Below, in pieces: positions 60,197 through 64,000 of a stretch of DNA of 64,000 nucleotides (position 1 is its first letter; every line of letters starts with the position of its first letter). The stretch covers positions 3,741 to 67,740 of the forward strand of contig MHHG01000006.1 of the NCBI GenBank assembly GCA_001805965.1. The letters are read 5' to 3'. The position numbers were made by a program, and so were the translations under genes. The stretch comes from Omnitrophica WOR_2 bacterium RIFOXYA2_FULL_38_17 (GTDB taxonomy: Bacteria; Omnitrophota; Gorgyraeia; Zapsychrales; Zapsychraceae). A model generated the notes under the pieces. That model searched no databases, had not been told where the DNA came from, and was given only the letters and a program-made list of their open reading frames with translations.

Positions 60197-61873
60197 GTGC
60201 AAATTAGAAAACACGTCCTACGATTCAGTATCACTTATTTGATCCTTATCGTCTGTCTTTTCACATTTTTGATCAAGCTTATATTTATACAGGTATTTAA
60301 TTCGTCACATTTGACAGGGCTCGCTGAAAAGCAGCAAAAACACCTTGTTGAAATTGAAGCAGTTCGGGGAAGTATTTTTGACAGGAATATGCGCCCTTTG
60401 GCTTTTAACGTCGCTGTTCATTCCCTTTTTGTGAACCCAAAAGCTATGACAAAAGAGAATAAGTTGCGGGTAGAACAAGAGCTTTCGGCGCTGCTTAATG
60501 TGGAGCCTTCCTATATAAGCGATCGGTTAAGCAAGAATAAATATTTTGTCTGGCTAAAAAGGAAGATGCCTGCAGAAATGGTCGAGAAGGTCAAAGCGCT
60601 GAAAATAAAAGGGCTTAATTTCAGGAAGGAAAGCAAGAGATATTATCCTAACGGAAGATTGGGCGCTCATATCATAGGGTTTGCCGGAGTTGACAACGAG
60701 GGGCTTGAGGGTCTCGAGCTTTATTATAATAAAGAGCTAAAAGGTAAACCGGGCGAAGTGCGGATCTTGAGGGATGCAAAACAAAGAGAGCTCATGATAG
60801 AAAGCAGTTTTGTCCCGCCTTTGGACGGTTTTAATTTAGTCCTGACCATTGATGAAACGATTCAGTATATTTCAGAGAAGGCACTTGAAAGTATGTTCCT
60901 GAAATATAAGGCGAGATCCGGCAGCGTTATCGTTATGGATATCAGGACGGGGGAGATCCTTGCGCTTGCAAATCTGCCTACATATGATCTTGGAAAAGTC
61001 GCCGATAGCAGCTCTGAAAGCAGGACTAACAGGGCAATAAGTTACCTTTATGAGCCGGGCTCTGTATTTAAGATAGTCACTGCAGCCGCAGCCCTTGAAG
61101 AGGAAAAGTACGACGAAAAAAATGTTATATTCTGTGAGAACGGCAAATACAGGGTTTCCAGGAACATACTGACCGACCACACCCCTCACGGAAAACTTAC
61201 TTTCTCGGAAGTCTTTGAAGTGTCCAGCAACATCGGGGTCGTTAAGATAGCCCAGAAGCTTGGTGCTGCAACTATTTATAAATATGCAAACAAGTTCCGC
61301 TTCGGCAAGATGACGGGCATTAACCTTAAAGGGGAAGTTGGAGGATGGCTGAAAAAACCTTCGATCTGGTCGAAGACCTCTATAGGCGCGATACCGATAG
61401 GATATGAGGTCACGGTCACTCCTTTGCAGCTGATTTGTGCCCTTTCAAGTATTGCGAATGATGGCGTGTATATGAAGCCTTTTGTGGTAAAATATATAAA
61501 AGATAATCAGGATCAGGTCATTCAGTCATTCAGCCCTCAAGTTGTGGACCGTATCATTAGTATAGACACGGCAAGAAGGATAAAAAAGATACTTGTTCAG
61601 GTCGTTGAAAAGGGTACTGCAAAAAAAGCAAAAATAAAGGGAATGGAAGTTGCTGGAAAAACAGGGACTGCAAGAAAAGTGATTGATGGTAGGTATGCTC
61701 AGGGTAAGTATTATGCTACTTTTATGGGGTTTGCCCCGGCAGACGAGCCAAGGATCGCTGCGATAGCTGTTATTGATGAGCCTCATCAAAGTTATTTTGG
61801 CGGTACTGTTGCAGCTCCGGTCGTAAAAGAGATCTTAGAGAATTCATTAAAATATTTAGCAAGTTCGGAGTAA
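60197..61873 (+). CDS. ftsI: Penicillin-binding protein, division transpeptidase
   Basis: RGSIFDRN, RYYP, EPGSVFK (SxxK), SSN and KTGT motifs; dcw position. Confidence 0.9.
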   Translation: MQIRKHVLRFSITYLILIVCLFTFLIKLIFIQVFNSSHLTGLAEKQQKHLVEIEAVRGSIFDRNMRPLAFNVAVHSLFVNPKAMTKENKLRVEQELSALLNVEPSYISDRLSKNKYFVWLKRKMPAEMVEKVKALKIKGLNFRKESKRYYPNGRLGAHIIGFAGVDNEGLEGLELYYNKELKGKPGEVRILRDAKQRELMIESSFVPPLDGFNLVLTIDETIQYISEKALESMFLKYKARSGSVIVMDIRTGEILALANLPTYDLGKVADSSSESRTNRAISYLYEPGSVFKIVTAAAALEEEKYDEKNVIFCENGKYRVSRNILTDHTPHGKLTFSEVFEVSSNIGVVKIAQKLGAATIYKYANKFRFGKMTGINLKGEVGGWLKKPSIWSKTSIGAIPIGYEVTVTPLQLICALSSIANDGVYMKPFVVKYIKDNQDQVIQSFSPQVVDRIISIDTARRIKKILVQVVEKGTAKKAKIKGMEVAGKTGTARKVIDGRYAQGKYYATFMGFAPADEPRIAAIAVIDEPHQSYFGGTVAAPVVKEILENSLKYLASSE

Positions 61874-61880
61874 ACAAAAA

Positions 61881-63347
61881 ATGCTTTTAAAAGACCTACT
61901 AAAAGACATAGTTGATATTGATGTATTAAACAAATACCAGGATATCGAGATAAGATCTGTTTGCTGCGATACCAGGAACATTGAAGAAGATTCGATGTTC
62001 ATTGCACTTAAGGGCAGCAAGTATGATGGAGCGGATTATTCTCTTGAGGCTGTTGCTAAAGGGGCCAGCGTTGTTGTAATGAACAAAAGCACGATGCCTT
62101 CTAAGACATTTGACAGTGGGTGTTATGTTTATGTTGACGATACCAATAAGATATTAAAGATAGTAGCTGAAAGATTTTATGATAACCCTTCCAAGAGGAT
62201 CAAAACAATTGGAATTACCGGGACAAACGGAAAAACGACTATTTCATATTTAATAGAGTCTATATTAACGGCTTCCGGGAAAAAATGCGGGGTTATCGGG
62301 ACAATAAATTACAGGTTCGCTGGCAAAGAAATGCCTGCGGTCAATACGACTCCAGGCATATTAGATAACCAGAAGCTGTTATCTGAAATGGTCGAGGAAA
62401 AGCTTGATTATTGCATAATGGAGGTTTCCTCGCACGCTCTGTCACAGGGAAGGGTCGACCTGATAAATTTCCATGCCGCGGTCTTTACAAATCTGACGAA
62501 CGAACATCTTGATTATCACATAACTAAAGAGAATTATTTTGAGGCTAAAGCGAAACTGTTTCAGGGCCTTTTGTCGGACAAGACTTCTGCCGTGAATATT
62601 GACGATGAATTTGGGGAAAAGCTTGTTTTGATGACGCAATCCAGGGTATTGACCTATGGCATCGAGCATAACGCGGACCTTAGGGCTATTGATATCAAGC
62701 TTGGACAGGATAAGACCAGATTCAAGATAAAATATGAACTAATGGACATACCTATAAGAACAAGCCTGATAGGAATGCATAATGTGCAAAATATTCTAGC
62801 TGCTGCTGCAATTTGCCTGAGCGAGGGCGTTAGCTCGGCCGCGGTTAAGCAAGGGATAGAGAATTTAAAAGTGGTCCCCGGAAGATTGGAGAAAATAGAT
62901 TATGGGCAGGGTTTTGATGTTTTCATTGATTATGCCCATACACAAGACGCTTTGGAAAGAGTGCTTGATTCTTTAAAGATTATTAACGGTTCACGCTTGA
63001 TAGTTGTCTTTGGATGCGGCGGCGACAGGGACAGGCAAAAGAGATCGGAGATGGGAGAGGTTGCCTCCCGCTGCGCGGATTTTTCAATAATCACGACAGA
63101 TAATCCAAGGGGGGAAGACCCCAAGGCGATCGTGCACCAGATACTTAACGGGTTTAAGGGCGACAATTATATAGTCGAGATAGACAGGAAAGAAGCGATA
63201 AAGAAAGCCCTTAAGATGGCAGAGCCGGGGGATATTGTGCTTCTTGCAGGAAAGGGCCACGAGCTGTACCAGATAGTCAAAAATCAGAAAATTGAGTTTG
63301 ATGAACATAAAATAATTTCCGAGCTTCTATATGATAACAATAAATGA
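61881..63347 (+). CDS. murE: UDP-MurNAc-L-Ala-D-Glu--diaminopimelate ligase
   Basis: TGTNGKTT, MEVSSH, DYAHT and DNPR (mDAP specificity) motifs. Confidence 0.95.
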   Translation: MLLKDLLKDIVDIDVLNKYQDIEIRSVCCDTRNIEEDSMFIALKGSKYDGADYSLEAVAKGASVVVMNKSTMPSKTFDSGCYVYVDDTNKILKIVAERFYDNPSKRIKTIGITGTNGKTTISYLIESILTASGKKCGVIGTINYRFAGKEMPAVNTTPGILDNQKLLSEMVEEKLDYCIMEVSSHALSQGRVDLINFHAAVFTNLTNEHLDYHITKENYFEAKAKLFQGLLSDKTSAVNIDDEFGEKLVLMTQSRVLTYGIEHNADLRAIDIKLGQDKTRFKIKYELMDIPIRTSLIGMHNVQNILAAAAICLSEGVSSAAVKQGIENLKVVPGRLEKIDYGQGFDVFIDYAHTQDALERVLDSLKIINGSRLIVVFGCGGDRDRQKRSEMGEVASRCADFSIITTDNPRGEDPKAIVHQILNGFKGDNYIVEIDRKEAIKKALKMAEPGDIVLLAGKGHELYQIVKNQKIEFDEHKIISELLYDNNK

Positions 63348-64000
63348 GATAGTCAAGGCCACTTCAGGCAAATTGGTTAGGGGTGTCGCCGGCAAAAAAA
63401 CCTTTAGGATATCTATTGATTCAAGGACCATTGAGCCGGGCGAAGTTTTTGTCGCGGTCAGGGGTAAGAACTTTGACGGCCATAAATTCGTTTATGACGC
63501 TATCATAAAAGGTGCCGCCGCTATTGTCTCCTCAAAGAAGATAATGTGGATCCCTTCGAACTTTAAGGGGAAAACCCCTCCGGAAACCCCTGTCATAAAA
63601 GTCAATGATACCAACAAGGCCCTGGCTGATATTGCGGGCTTCTACCGCCGGAAATTTGATATTCCGGTCATTGCGATAACCGGAAGTGTCGGCAAGACAA
63701 GCACAAAAGAGATAGCGGCAAATGTCCTTATGACAAAGTATCCTGTTCTTAAGAATACAAGGACAGAGAATAATCTGTTCGGGGTCTCTCTGACCTTGCT
63801 GAACCTTAATAAGAGCCATAAAGCCGCAGTTATTGAACTGGGCACCAATCATTTTGGTGAAATTGCCGTCCTGTCAAAGATAGCAAGGCCTACTATTGCG
63901 GTATTTACTAACATTGGTGAATCTCATCTGCAGCATTTTAAGACTCCTGCAGGGGTCTTTAGGGAAAAGTTCAATATAGTTAAGTATATGGACAAGAACG
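63331..64000 (+). CDS. murF: UDP-MurNAc-tripeptide--D-Ala-D-Ala ligase (partial; runs off the window)
   Basis: Manually translated from ATG 63331: ISIDSR, FDGH, AITGSVGKTSTKE, ELGTNHFGEI and TNIGESH motifs. Confidence 0.92.
   Translation, partial: MITINEIVKATSGKLVRGVAGKKTFRISIDSRTIEPGEVFVAVRGKNFDGHKFVYDAIIKGAAAIVSSKKIMWIPSNFKGKTPPETPVIKVNDTNKALADIAGFYRRKFDIPVIAITGSVGKTSTKEIAANVLMTKYPVLKNTRTENNLFGVSLTLLNLNKSHKAAVIELGTNHFGEIAVLSKIARPTIAVFTNIGESHLQHFKTPAGVFREKFNIVKYMDKN

Overview
A 64-kb stretch of a low-GC bacterial chromosome, mostly housekeeping genes on the + strand. It contains nfnAB-like oxidoreductase genes, panB, an LpxL-type acyltransferase, an MBOAT/SGNH pair, glyQS, ppdK, a sigma-70 factor, apt, rpsO-pnp, ftsK-rodZ-rimO-pgsA-pgpA, the rib cluster with nusB, fabZ, ligA, xerD, a tRNA nucleotidyltransferase, rbfA-nrnA-truB-ribF and the start of the dcw cluster (mraZ-rsmH-ftsL-ftsI-murE-murF). 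There are two tRNAs, Arg-CCT and Pro-CGG. The gene content and one large modular protein suggest Candidatus Omnitrophota (PVC superphylum), but this is inference. No CRISPR array, prophage or transposase was seen. Two candidate systems stand out. (1) A signal-peptide-bearing ~1175-aa protein carries four tandem receiver domains plus a fifth unrelated segment, each introduced by a [DE]-x-[AS]-M-L linker. It looks like an exported multi-cargo polyprotein and also has a REP doublet inserted in frame. (2) An operon encodes a membrane-anchored carbohydrate-binding protein, a ParA ATPase fused to a glycogen-binding CBM48 domain and a Tic20/MamF-like membrane protein, a candidate glycogen-granule positioning system.
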